A stretch of 44,517 nt of DNA from Octopus sinensis (taxonomy: Eukaryota): assembly GCF_006345805.1 (NCBI RefSeq), contig NW_021834949.1, positions 1 to 44,517 on the forward strand, read 5' to 3'. Positions 10,866-24,896 of the stretch are shown here, one piece after another. Numbering within the stretch: the stretch's first letter is position 1; each line of letters starts with the position of its first letter. Both the position numbers and the translations under genes were made by a program. The notes under the pieces are model-generated. The model saw only the letters and a list, made by a program, of their open reading frames with translations. It was not told the origin of the DNA and did not search any database.

Positions 10866-10929
10866 TACAAATGGTAGGGGAAACAAACCTAACATCTAAT
10901 TTATAGTAGGCACCGTATTTTAGTTGCAC

Positions 10930-11126
10930 TGATGTTGTTCCAACTCTTGTCACCAGTGTTGATGCACTTATTACTCTCTCTATTGCAGCATTTTTTCGGT
11001 GTTGCTTATGTCACCGTTCCCGTTGATGCTGCTAAGCTGTTATAGTCAACCTTACCATCGTTGTGGCTGTTGCAATTTTTTTTTTACTATTGTAACTGAC
11101 GCTCCTGTTGCTGCTGCTGTTGTTGC

Positions 11127-11159
<33 letters not shown>

Positions 11160-11400
11160 GTATATTGCTGTTGATGTTGTTTCGATTTTTGCTTGTATCT
11201 CGACTGATGTAATTCCGACAACATTCAATTTCCTCCCGCGTCATTCAACATGCAAACGTTGAAACGACGATATTAACAGGTTACTATCAAACTATCTCGG
11301 CATGCCGTTGTTATTGTTGATGCTATTGTTGTTGTTGTTGATGTTATTGCTGCAGCAGAAGCAGTAGGAGCAGCAGTAGCAGTAGCAGTAGCAGTGGTGT
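10930..11400. repeat. Low-complexity (GTT)n/(GCT)n/(GTAGCA)n region
   Basis: Directly visible. Confidence 0.85.
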
Positions 11401-11621
11401 TGGTAACGGATGAAACGTGTGTGGGAGAGAGAGAGAGAGAGCACGTGTATTTTGCACGTTTTAACTATTCTTTGTTTAAGTTAGCAAAATGGCGCCAAAA
11501 TAATCCAAGAAAATTCAGGCTTTTCAGGAACACTACGACACGCGCATGCACAACTATGCAGCCACGCGTGCATGCACTTACAAACATGCATTTGCATACC
11601 TGCATTAGTGTGTCCAAACAC

Positions 11622-11695
<74 letters not shown>

Positions 11696-11968
11696 TGTAT
11701 CTATATGGATATGTAGAGAAAGAGAGACAGACGGAAGAGTTTTACCTCTACGCAGGAATGAAAATATATGTCTGTCTATCTATCTATCTATCCATCTATA
11801 TGTATGTATATATATATATATATATGTATAGAAACACATACATGTTTACTTGTTTTCTAAATAGTTAAAATACTCACGTTTCTGTAAAATAATTTAAACT
11901 GTCATGATAGACACACCTGTACACCAATTATCACTTCTCCATTCTCTCCGACGAAAATGATACTTTCA

Positions 11969-12018
<50 letters not shown>

Positions 12019-12518
12019 CACTCTTTCACTTTCTCTGTCTTTCTCTTCCTTTTACTCTATTTTACTTTCCTTTGTCTTCCTCTCTATTGTCATCTGTCGT
12101 CTTCAACTGCTAATTAACCATGCAACATTTACAAAATGTATTTCGCTACAATCTGAAAAATCAAGATTCAAAACTATAATGATTATAAGAATCTGAGATG
12201 TATTAGAATTTAATAATAATTGGTAAGAATTTGTTGTTGATGGATATGAACAAAACAACTCCGCATTAGAGGAGTTGTTTTGTCTGTATCGAAATATAGT
12301 GATTAAATTGCGTGTCTGTGTGTGTGTATGTCCATGTGCGTATATGTAGATGTATATGTACATACACATATGCAGGTGCGTTTGTGTGTCTGTGTGAATA
12401 TATATACATGTATATTAATACTATTAATAATTACCAGAATTCTACCGCAGATTATTAATTTGAAAATAATAAATATACTGATGTTTTGAGTTGTAGTTTT
12501 CTATTTGCGTCACCAAAC

Positions 12519-12597
<79 letters not shown>

Positions 12598-13822
12598 GTG
12601 TGTGTGTGTGGTGTGTATTTAGGGATAGAAAACGACTATGTGGACAGACATATGCTAGAAGTAGATCACATACGATCTAACTACAAAGAAAGAATGTTCT
12701 CCAGAGAAATTTCAGCGAACACCAGAACATAGGTGGGCAAGACATATGAAAATTATATAAAGAACTAAGCACGTGTCTGGTTTTATACAGAAAACTAGTG
12801 GTTAGTTTTACAAATTATATTGTTTTTGAACGATCGTACTGATGAATCTACGGACGAAGGATTACGTAAGTAATTTATTCGGGGATAGACAAAATGGCTG
12901 ATGGTTACTAAGGAGAGACACACAAATAAGAAAGAAGAAAGCAAAGGACCACTGGTGCGGTCACAGGAGTGTGACGAAAGAACTCTGGCCGAAATAAGAT
13001 TAAGTTTAATGTCAAAAATAAATAACACTGAAGCAAAATAAAACCAAATATATAGTGCGTGTGTTTTTATTGGCTAAACTGGCAAAATGACCATTCCGAA
13101 ATACAACAATATCTGTTTCAACACACGATCTCACCTAAAAAAAATCTTGCACAATAAATATATATATACGCACGCATACACACACACATATATATATATA
13201 CGCGCAGGAACTATTGTTTTTAAGCCTCATTTTTATTTATGGTCAACATATCTAATATGTGTTAAACGTGTAAATATTTTAAATTTCGTTTCTAATTTTA
13301 TATAACATTCTTATAACTTTATTTTCATTCCTGTCAGATCGCGCTTATTTGCCCCACGACAGCTTTTTGTACTATTTGTCTGCAATCATTTCCTCTTCCT
13401 CCATTACCAGGATGGGGCAATAGTTTAACAGGATGTAAAGGAACGCATTCGGTTAGCAGTGTAGGAAATAACTTCCTAAAATGCTTCAAAATATGTTTCG
13501 CAACCGTAAGGATAAATTTGGATTTTGCAGGGATAGAGATAGATCACATACTGAACATTTTCAATATACCTTTGACGTAACATTTATGAATCTGTTTTGA
13601 TATAATTAAGTAATAGAAATACAATTCTGTAAGCTTTTTTTAATATTTACTGATTTTATTGAAATATATAGCAAGCTCTGGACACCCGGAATTATTAATA
13701 CTGGTTTCAATTTTTGTTACGAGGCCAGCAATTTCTTTTTTTTTTTTTTGTGGTGGGCATCCGTCGGTTACATGGTCATAAATGTTCAACTGGTCCGTAA
13801 TTTATCGAATCCAAAATGACGA

Positions 13823-13927
13823 AAAGTAGAGTCAATCGCATCAGAATTTGAACTCAAGACTCAGAGACGAATGAAACTATTGTCAAGCATTTTGCCGGCG
13901 TGCTAACGATTCAGACATCTTGCCGCA
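13823..13927 (-). mobile_element. SINE 5' fragment
   Basis: GAATTTGAACTCA...AAGCATTTTGCCGGCGTGCTAACGATTC matches the reverse head of the family at 22182-22415. Confidence 0.7.
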
Positions 13928-14204
13928 GACCTACTAGTGTTAATGCTAAAATTCACATTCCGCAGAGATCGAGTTTGGATTTCATACTCTCGAAATCGAA
14001 AAAAGAAATATTGGTTGAGAACAGAAGTCGATGTAATCTACTTATTCCCTGCCCTAAATTTACTGACATTATGACAAAATGCCAGAATCTGGAACCAAAG
14101 GTAATATCAATATTTATAATGTATTTCCAGTTCTTATCCAGTAATGAAACAAGTGTAACATGGAATTGAAAATATACCAAATTTTTTCTTTATTTTCATA
14201 TATA

Positions 14205-14438
14205 CAGGGTTGGCCAAAAGTCACCCGACAGTAAATCACAAATCCACAAATGCAGTCTGTAATTCTGCATCGACTCGAATGGAAAAATGTGTCGCTGAAG
14301 AAGGACTTCAGTTTGAACACTTTCCATGATGTTTCATATTTAGATGCTTTTATTAACCTCATTCAGTTCGTAAACATAATTAAAATCTTGGAATTACACA
14401 GCTTTGATTTACTGTCAAGTGACTTTTGGCCAACCCTG
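14205..14438. mobile_element. Tc1/mariner MITE (234 bp)
   Basis: 34-bp TIRs CAGGGTTGGCCAAAAGTCACYYGACAGTAAATCA with 2 mismatches, TA TSDs, and an internal transposase C-terminal remnant ending CVAEEGLQFEH. Confidence 0.92.
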
Positions 14439-14469
<31 letters not shown>

Positions 14470-14704
14470 TGTACGTGTGTACGTTAATTTATGTATATAT
14501 ATACACATATACATATATACATTTTTTCTATATGTGTACATGTACACACATAGATACACGCATACATAAATACATACACAAATGTATAGATACATGAAAT
14601 AATGCACATATGCATACTTATAAATGTGCATGTATATATAGCTAGCATAAACGCAATAAATATTTGAAAAGTGCAACGCAAGAACAACTGAGGCTGGAAA
14701 ATAA

Positions 14705-14780
14705 GTTATTAGTTTAACGCTTTAATGGGAAAAATAAGTGTGTTAACCTTTCAAACCTGAGTTCTTCATCAGAAGAAAGT
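14705..14780 (-). ncRNA. Penelope-like terminal-repeat fragment with degenerate minimal hammerhead motif
   Basis: Minus strand TCTT-CTGATGA-A-GAAC(TCAG)GTTT-GAAAG-GTT-AACA; flank TTAGTTTAACGCT is shared with copies at 40068 and 42710. Confidence 0.5.
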
Positions 14781-14952
14781 TACACAAACACACATAAACA
14801 CACATGTACATATATCCACATACAGGTGTGTGTGTGTGTGGTGTGTGTGTGTGTGTATACATATGCTCATGCATACAAACGTTTGTAAATATGTACTTGC
14901 ATGTATGTGTGTATGCGTGTGTATGTGCGTGTCCCTGTGTGTCTGTGCGCGC

Positions 14953-14991
<39 letters not shown>

Positions 14992-15013
14992 TATATATGT
15001 CTGTGCGCGCGTG

Positions 15014-15044
<31 letters not shown>

Positions 15045-15162
15045 ATGTGTGCGTGTGTGTGAGTATGTATATGTATATATGCATTCAAATATACAATATA
15101 TATTTGTGTGTATGTTTATATAACCACTCACTAGCGCGCAAGGTGTAAATATATAAATATGC

Positions 15163-15411
<249 letters not shown>

Positions 15412-15642
15412 TGTGTGTGTATAAGTATATCCGTATATGTTTATGTGTGTGTATATGAATATATGGCTGTATGTACAATTGTGCGTATGGAATTATGTAC
15501 ATATCAATTTGTTTGCAGCCGTATGATGTTGTTATATTGAAGACTGGTGTTCTATGTCAACAATTGACATTCGCTGTGAATCTATTTATATGTGCGTATG
15601 TATTTGGATGTGTTTATGCGCATATAACAGCATGTATGTATG

Positions 15643-15676
<34 letters not shown>

Positions 15677-16344
15677 TGTATGTATGTATGTATGTATGCA
15701 TGTATGTATGTATGTATGTATGTATGTATGTGTGTGTGTATATGGACGAGGATGTGTAATTGCTCAGGCAGTCGTTCAATAATTAACATTCCATTAAAAG
15801 ACACGTTCCAAAATTACCTTTGACATCTCTTAAGTTCCTAATCATAGGCTATGATATTAACGCAACGGAAACACATCACAACGTTTGCGCATGCGTTAAG
15901 CCACGTTTCACTCACAGTCACAGGCGCTGTTGTTTTTGATGTAGGCGACGGTGATGGTTTTGGCGTAGGTGATGTTGTCGGCGGTGATATGTCATAGCGG
16001 TGGTCGTGTCAGTGTTGATAGCTTCGCTGGTGAAGAAATCCAATACAGGTATCTGCGTTGATTGACGGCGGATGGTTGGGGAGAACTGCTATAGGTGTGT
16101 TTTGTTTAGTGCTGTTACTAATCGCAATTAGTACAGCGGTGTTTGGGTTAGTATAACTAGTGTTACTAATCGTGATTACTATACAGTTTCAATGTTGTTG
16201 TTGTTGGTGTTGCTATCATTTGGGGTTGCTTTGTGTTGCTGTTTGCGTTGTTGTTACTAATGGTAGTGGTGATAGTGGCGGTGGTGGTGAATATTGTGAA
16301 AGGTAGCGATTGTGTTGGTGTTGTTATTGATTCCAATACCAAGA

Positions 16345-16800
16345 AAAGGAAGAAGTATTTTGATCTGTGTTTGGTGGCTGCGGAGAAAGAGATCGCATGG
16401 TGGACAAGACTGAAACGGTTGTGTGTACATATTTTTCTCCTCAGTCAAAACTTCGTCAGACTCTTTAACTTTCATTCAACAAAGAAGATGAATGTGAAGA
16501 CTGCCCCGTCGCTTCCTTTAACCGGGAAGGAAGGGCTGTTTTTATATGCCTGGTGGCCAAGGTGAAACAGGTTGTATGGTGGATGAGATTGAAGAGGCTG
16601 AAGACAAACACTTTTCTCTTTGGCCTATCCCTTATGAACTTTTTCAAGTTCTACTTGAAAAGGAAAATAAGTGTAGAGAGGGAAATGTCTTCTAACCAGG
16701 TTGCTGGAAGATGGATAAAAGTGACGGGAATGGTGCGAATGAACGGGCCTGCCGTGAGCATACACCTGTACTGAGAAAACAGGAAAAGAAAAAGAGGCAT
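16345..16800 (+). mobile_element. L1/Tx1-like LINE 3' remnants (two overlapping homologous blocks)
   Basis: EKEIAWWTRLKRL..FLLSQNFVRLFNFH and KQVVWWMRLKRLK..FFKFYLKRKISVERE..RWIKVTGMVRMNG resemble Tx1-type C-termini. The assignment is from recall. Confidence 0.55.
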
Positions 16801-17121
16801 CCGCCAGGGTACGCATGGTATTCTTATGGGGTTTTTGCATGGGCAGCCCTCGAAAGTCTCCGCCCTATTGAGGATGACACATTGTTGATTTTTTAAAATT
16901 TTGGTAGTTTGTTTACGTACACACACACTCACACACACGCGCACACATACACGCACACACATTCACACATTCTTTGTTTCGTCCTGTACTGTCCATAATG
17001 TTTTCTTATTGCAAACCCTTGTGGTTAATAAAGAAATTATAATCATCATTATCATTATTATTATTATTATTAATTATTATTATTATTGTTGTTGTTGTTA
17101 TTATTATTATTATTATTGTTA

Positions 17122-17644
17122 TAGACGTCGCGCAGTATACATTTCTCAGGTCTCCATATTTATCAAACTTTTCTCTTTCTTTCATGATAAAACATTGATC
17201 TCCTGGCACTACCACGTCAATTGTTACACAGTCATGTTTGTTCCTCCTAAAAGCTACTATATCCGTTCTCGGGGATTTAATTCCTTGTCTGTCTGGAAGT
17301 CAAAGTCCCAGAGGATTTTTGCCTTCCCGTTTTCGTCCCTTACATTTCCGGTGTATGTTCGTACCAAGCACCCGTAATTTCATAGCCATACTTACGGGAT
17401 TGTAGTTAGTGGAGGTTTTAGGTTACCTTGTCGTGTCTACGCTTGTACTCTTTCTGCGCAAGACTTTCACAAACAATAACAATGTAAGTCACGCTTTCGA
17501 CCCTTTTCCACACATTCTACATACTCCGTTGCACTTGTGTGGTATATATTCTTTTTCACTTAGTTGGTATTCAATGCCTGGTCCCGGGCTGCGATGATTA
17601 GGCTTTCAATATTCTTAAACTCGTAGCTCATTTTGTTGGGTATA
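17122..17644 (-). mobile_element. R4/Dong-clade non-LTR retrotransposon remnant, copy B
   Basis: ESLIIAARDQALNTN, CRMC knuckle, LAQKEYKRRHDKV, AWYEHTP, KAKILWDFDFQTDK, DIV, IDVVVPGD..MKEREKFDKYGDL (restriction-like endonuclease). It abuts an (AAT)n tract at 17040-17120. Confidence 0.85.
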
Positions 17645-17649
17645 ATGGA

Positions 17650-18578
17650 AAGGGTAAGCTGATCACTACCAGCAGACTAAAGGTCATGCTTCAAGAACCC
17701 TGCGAAGCGTTCATGCAGTTCCAAGCAACGCTGATTTTTGCAGGTGTTCTACAATTAAATTTGTACCAATCTTTTGACCCATATGGGTAGTTGACTGCTA
17801 TACTTCCAAATGTACCAATAACTATTGGTATTACGTCTGCTCTCATTATTGACCACAACCTTCGTATTTCCCACTTCAAATCTTTGTAGTTGTTCCGTTT
17901 TTTCTTCTTTCTCTTTGATCCTGTTGTTACCGAGACATGCTATGTCGAGTATCATGTTTAGTTCTGCTTTTTTTCTCTCCCTACAGCAATGTCCTTTTTC
18001 CGATGTCTGGTCAGGTGATCGTACTGAATCATTGCATCTCACAAGATTTTGAAAGTTTCCTTCTCGGTGACACCTAGTGACTGCTCATACCACGTGTTTG
18101 CTCTTTGTAGGCCGTGATTCCCAAGGAGCTCCCAATGGAACATTCTTGCCTCATTGTCATGTTGTCTTTTGTATTCACGTTGTGCCAATTCCAGGCATTC
18201 ACTAACGATGTGCTATAACATTTCACTCCTCTCAACACACATTCTGCATTTGTCGATGTCGGTAGTGTTTTCGATTCTGCACATCATATAGTTAGTCCCT
18301 AACGCTTGCTCTTGTGCTGCACATATATGTGCTTCTGTGTCTATCTTCAAGCCACTCCTCTTCATCCATAGCCACCGGTCTTCTGTATCTGGTTTGGCGA
18401 TATTATCTCTTGCAATTTAGCGGTACATATTTTCTCCTTCCATGCTGTTTCATTTTTTGTGATATTTTCTTCTTTAAGCTTTTCTTTCTTTTCAACATTA
18501 TCAATTTTAATGACTCCCAACTTCTTCAGATTTTTCAACAATGGTTCTACGGTATTTTCTACGTACCACCTTAAGCTG
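17650..18578 (-). mobile_element. R4/Dong-clade non-LTR retrotransposon 3' remnant, copy A
   Basis: WLWMKRSGLKIDTEAHICAAQEQALGTNY, KCRMC...HIVSEC..LAQREYKRQHD, ILDIAC.GNNRIKEKEEK, LKWEIRRLW..VIPIVIGTFG, ALLGTA..LRRVLEA*. Confidence 0.88.
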
Positions 18579-18649
18579 TGTTTCTGTTTCGATATAATCC
18601 CGGCAACTGATCAACCTCTCCCACTCTTTCTTCTGGAGACATACAGCCT

Positions 18650-18750
18650 ATTACTACTACTACTACTACCAATACCACCACCACCACCACCACAACCAAC
18701 ACCACTACAACAACAACAACAACAACTACTACTACTGGTACTACTACTAC
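18650..18750. repeat. (CTA)n-(CCA)n-(CAA)n trinucleotide array
   Basis: Directly visible. Confidence 0.95.
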
Positions 18751-18799
18751 ATGTTATTAACTTTTTTGAAGGGTAAAGGTAATATTTTCTTTTAACGGC

Positions 18800-18950
18800 C
18801 CTACTAGACTGGTAAATGTTTAACCGACCTCGAAGTGATGAAAGGTTAAGCAATTGAACAGGCAGTACTGAAGTTCAAACAGTAGGAGGCGAAACAAACG
18901 CCGTAAAGCATTCTATCAGACGTTGTAATGACACTGTATGACTGTCCGCC
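18800..18950 (-). mobile_element. Highly degenerate SINE
   Basis: GACCTCGAAGTGATGAAAGG...GAAGTTCAAAC...AAAGCATT...CAGACG..CCGCC is collinear with the family consensus. Confidence 0.45.
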
Positions 18951-19217
18951 TTCATGTGTGGATGTATGTACATGTATACATACACATACATACATACATA
19001 CATACACACACATACATAGACACATACATACATGTGTGTGTACATATATTTATATCCACACACATACTCATTGATGTATATACATTACATACACACACAC
19101 ACATATATATATATATATATTTATACATATATTACATGTATATATATATATATTTATATATTTATGTTTTATATATATATGTGTGTGTGTATGTGTGTGC
19201 GTATATATATATATATA

Positions 19218-19258
<41 letters not shown>

Positions 19259-20149
19259 TGTATATATATATATACTAATATATATATATATATATAATAT
19301 ATGTATGTATACATACATGCAAACATAAATTTATGTATGTGTATATATATATGTATGCATGCATCTCGTAAGTTGTATATACACTTAGCTGAATTAATAT
19401 CGGTGTCGGCAATGACCACCATGATGACGACGACAGCGGTGATGATGATGATGATGATGTTGATGTTGTTGATGGATGTGATGGGGGAAAAATATTGATA
19501 ATGACGGTCATGATGATGGTGTTAATCATTACGGTTAGCACCAATGGACTGTTCGATATTTCGATATTTACAACAGGCACTCTAATAAAGGCACTTTCGC
19601 CTAATCCTTCTGACCTCACCGATTCCGAATTTTGACCCAACGCAATATATTGTTGGGGAGCCTGAGGCCAAACTCATAGGCGTTGTAATGTGGTCACTGA
19701 CGTCTGTACATGTGAGTCTGTGTGTGTGTGTGTGTGAGTCTGTGTGTGCCCGTGCTTCTAAGTTTGTACGTATCTCTGTATATGTGTGTGTTAGTGAGTG
19801 TTGATGCCTATGTAAGGGTGTTTACTTGTGTGTGTGTATATAAATATATAAACATATTATCTACTTCTCCCACTGTGTCCTCGACTCTTCTCTCTCTCTC
19901 ACACACACACGCACACACGCTCACACACATATATATATACATATATCTATATATCTACACATACATATAAGCACATATATACATATATACAAGATATGCA
20001 TATTTCCGAGCATAGATATATTCGTACATACAAAGATGTTTATACTAACATGCGTATAACTATTAATGAGTATATACAATTATACATATCTGTGTGCTAA
20101 TATACCCGTATATATTCATATATATATATGTATACCCATATACATATAT

Positions 20150-20223
<74 letters not shown>

Positions 20224-20618
20224 CATACATACATCTATATATACACACACATATATATATACACACATACAGTGCATGTGTACACGTAATTTAGTATATA
20301 CACTTCTGCATATATATATATATATATATATAATATTATATATATGCATGCATGCATGTGTACATGTGTGAGCGTGTAATCCGGCTTTTAAAAAGCAAAT
20401 CGACAAACAATACAGACTATCGCCTAGATTAATGGAATACGGTTGCACAACAGGAAAAAAAAAATAGGTGCCGAGCTATTCCCCAAGGATTAGGTCACGT
20501 GACAGCTGCTATCGATCTGAACGATTCATCGCCGTCTGAGAACAAAGACAAAAATTCTTAAGAGACGGTTCAACAACCAGAACCCGATCGATTCTCATTT
20601 ATTATTACATTCCACGTA

Positions 20619-21150
<532 letters not shown>

Positions 21151-21650
21151 TAATTTAGTTTTACATATATGTATGAATGTACGTATGTTTGTATCTATGT
21201 ATGTACGTATGTATGTGTGTCTATATGTTTATTTATATGTAATGTTCGTTAACTTATATGCAACATATGTTGCATTGTATTTAAATGACTATCTACATAA
21301 CTTGCTAAATGTAAGTACATCGTTGAAAGGCAAACTTACTTCTGGATATAACATCTCTTAATGAGATGAAGCGTTAAAAAACACGATATATATAGGCACA
21401 TACGGCATAAACACGCTATAGGCAACAAAGCAAAATAATAGAAAAGAAAAACACTATCAGATTAAACTACTCATTTGTGTCTGAAACTCCTTTTTAGAAG
21501 TGGTTTACAGGACTACTTTTCTGACATACTTGTGAAGAGTTATCTGTTATGTAGTGTTGTATTTAGAAATATTATACCACAATCACCCGACTACCGCGGT
21601 TGTAGCGTTTCCGCTCTAGTTGAAAATCCGCGAAGAAAAACAGTACTGGA

Positions 21651-21697
<47 letters not shown>

Positions 21698-21744
21698 ATA
21701 TATATATATTATATATATATATATATATATAATATATATATATG

Positions 21745-21810
21745 GTGGTGCCCAGCCGCATGCCACAGCTTGTGAGCTGAAACTAAATAAATAAAATAAA
21801 TAAAATAAAA
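21745..21810 (+). mobile_element. SINE 3' tail fragment with (AAAT)n
   Basis: GGTGGTGCCCAGC..GCCACAGCTTGTGAGCTGAAACT followed by (AAATA)n. Confidence 0.5.
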
Positions 21811-22039
21811 ATATATATTATTACTCTTCTATATTTGTATATATGTATTTTATTATAAATGCAAAAGAACACCGCGGAGGACTCGACGTAAACTTAAATA
21901 ATAAACCGCGATAGGTGAACAGCGAAATGGCGAGTTTCCAGAAAAGAAAAACATTAAATTCTGTTAAAATGCTTACCTAATATTGTATTATTTGTTTACA
22001 AAGTAAATATAAAATAAAAGAAATTGTCAACTTCTATTA

Positions 22040-22480
22040 TATTCTACTCTGGGCAAAGGCCCGAAATTTTAGGGGAGGGTGACAATCGAGTAGATTGACC
22101 CCAGTACGACCCCGAAAGGATGAAAGGCAAAGTCGACCTAGGCGGAATTTCAACTCAGAGCGTAAAGACAGACGAAATACCTATTTCTTTACTACTCACA
22201 AGGGGCTAAACACAGAGAGGACAAACAAGGACAGACAAACGTATTAAGTCGATTATATTAACCCCAGTGTGTAACTGGTACTTATTTAATCGGCCCCGTA
22301 AGGATGAAAGGCAAAGTCGACCTCGGCGGAATTTGAACTCAGAACGTAACGCTAGACGAAATACTGCTAAGCATCATGCCCGGCGTTCTAACGATTCTGC
22401 AAGCTCGCCGCCTTTGACAGACGAAATACCGCTTCGCATTTCGCCCAGCGTGCCAACGTTTTTGCCAGCTCGCCGCCTTC
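22040..22480 (-). mobile_element. Host SINE interrupted by a second SINE
   Basis: Tail part 22040-22181 and head part 22416-22480, with a duplicated junction GACAGACGAAATACC. Confidence 0.85.
22182..22415 (-). mobile_element. Full-length tRNA-derived SINE nested in another SINE with 15-bp TSD
   Basis: Head AAGGCGGCGAGCTTGCAG at 22415, B-box-like GAGTTCAAATTCC, tail GTAGTAAAGAAATA at 22182; TSDs at 22167-22181 and 22416-22430. Confidence 0.9.
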
Positions 22481-22584
22481 GCATAAACAAATATTACTAA
22501 GAAATAGTACCGGTCCCTGGTACACTGGAAAAAAAAAACAACAGCCAGTACACCACATTAGATAATTTGAGAAACACTGGTTTA

Positions 22585-22745
22585 CATGGACTCCAGAGCT
22601 AAGCTGGTACGTATTTTATCGAGCGTGAACAGATAAAAAGCAAAGTAATCGTTAGCAGAATTTGAATTCAGAACGTAACAAGTCGGATGAAACACCACAA
22701 AATATTTCGTCCCGCACACTAGCAGTTCCGCCTGCTCGCCGCCAT
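22585..22745 (-). mobile_element. Degenerate SINE
   Basis: CTGGTAC.TATTTTATCGA...GAATTTGAATTCAGAACGTAAC...GCTCGCCGCC. Confidence 0.7.
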
Positions 22746-22976
22746 ATTTGTTTTAGTGAGGTCTTTATACGTATTTTCTTGTGGCGGTTGTTAACGATTT
22801 TGCCCGAATAGAAGGATCACTAATATTGTAATCATTAGGCTTAGTCGTCGTCATATTGATTGTGTTCATCATTATTGTACACGTTAACACAAATTGTACA
22901 ACCGTCAGCAATTTCGGCGCATTATCTTCTTAGCGGTGTATATATTGTTAGGCTGTTACGCATACTTGATATAGGG

Positions 22977-23025
<49 letters not shown>

Positions 23026-23274
23026 TAATAATACAGATGTATATATATATATACAGATGTATATATATATATATACATATATATTATATATATACATATA
23101 TCATACACATATATATACATATATAATATATATATATATATGTGTGTGTGTGTATATATATTTATATGTATATGTGTATATATATATACATACACACATA
23201 TATATATATACATATATATAATATATATTTATATACATATATATATATTGTGTATATATATATGTATATATGTA

Positions 23275-23317
<43 letters not shown>

Positions 23318-23391
23318 GCAGACAGACAGACGGACGGACGGGCAGACAGATAGACAGACAGACAGGCAGACAGACAGATATATATATATAT

Positions 23392-23452
<61 letters not shown>

Positions 23453-23785
23453 TAAGAAGCAACAGAAAACTGTAGGTAGCTTGTTTGATTGACTGGCGTC
23501 TGTGTAGAAAAGTGTGGGGTAAGCGTATAGGTAGGTAGGTAGGTAGGTAGGTAGGTAGGTAGGTAGGTAGGTAGGTACGATGGTAAGTAGGTACACGGGT
23601 GCATATTTAGAGACACTTATTGATCGATGGATACTCATCGATGGAGATATAGGGAAACAGGTATCTATCTATCTATCTATCTATCTATCTACCTATCTAT
23701 CTATCTATCTATTAAAATACCTTACTGTCTATCATATTGTCTGTCTACATATATGCATACGTATATATAATGTTTATATGTATAC

Positions 23786-23836
<51 letters not shown>

Positions 23837-23837
23837 A

Positions 23838-24896
23838 ATACACACATATATATATATATATACATAGACATACATAGAAACATACATGCACACAAGCACA
23901 CACACATGCAAGCAGACACGCACATGCGCACACGTATCACATGTACCGAGAGAGACAAACACACGCTCGGATTGCGAGAGAAATGACAGAAGTAAAGGAG
24001 GAAGAGGGGGAAGAAGTGAAGAAGGAGAAAAAGGAGGAACTCGGAAGAGGAGAACGAAGAAGAAGAAGGAGAGCAAGAAGAAGAAGAAGAAGAAGAAGAA
24101 AAAGAAGAACAAGAAGAACAACAACAACGACAACAGCAACAACAACAACAGGATATTGCACAAGAGTGACGTAACATCAAACATTTGTACAATAGATCTT
24201 ATTCAGTTCAGTAGAGTTAGAATATGAATGCCTGTGTGTATTGGCACGCCTATACATATACATACACACGAGTATATATACATACATATATACATACATA
24301 CATACGAATATATATACATATACACAATTTCATACATGCATATATACAATACATACATATATATATATATACACACATATATATATATATATAATACATA
24401 GACATACATAGAAACATACATGCACACAAGCACACACACATGCAAGCAGACACGCACATGCGCACCACGTATCACATGTACCGAGAGAGACAAACACACG
24501 CTCGGATTGCGAGAGAAATGACAGAAGTAAGGAGGAAGAGGGGAAGAAGTGAAGAAGGAGAAAAAGGGAACTCGGAAGAGGAGAACGAAGAAGAAGAAGG
24601 AGAGCAATAAGAAGAAGAAGAAGAAGAAGAAAAAGAAGAACAAGAAGAACAACAACAACGACAACAGCAACAACACAACGGATATTGCACAAGAGTGACG
24701 TAACATCACACATTTGTACAATAGATCTTATTCAGTTCAGTAGAGTTAGAATATGAATGCCTGTGTGTATTGGCACGCCTATACATATACATACACACGA
24801 GTATATATACATACATATATACATACATACATACGAATATATACATATACACAATTCATACATGCATATATACAATACATACATATATATATATAT

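Noticed and set aside
11487-11497. YY1-like AAAATGGCGCC as a promoter
   Set aside because: A single short motif with no other promoter evidence.
11872-11899. Minus-strand TTTTACAG|AAAC|GTGAGT 4-nt microexon
   Set aside because: Too short, frame-shifting and plausible by chance; nothing else supports it.
12791-12865. Exon candidate ending at the strong donor TTAC|GTAAGT
   Set aside because: All three frames are closed from the nearest acceptor.
12835-12866. Hammerhead-like CGTA-CTGATGA-ATCTACGGAC-GAAG-GAT-TACG
   Set aside because: A-C mismatch at the base of stem II, GAAG instead of GAAA, no stem III and no family flanks.
14294-14320. CTGAAGA-AGGAC..GTTT-GAAC hammerhead look-alike (also CTGATGAG at ~44319)
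   Set aside because: These lie within transposase coding remnants and lack the GAAA/stem III context.
21960-21985. Minus-strand AG|GTAAGC as a recursive splice site (likewise CAG|GTAAGC at ~25410 and G|GTGAGT at ~41320)
   Set aside because: No adjacent polypyrimidine tract or acceptor; isolated donors cannot be supported.
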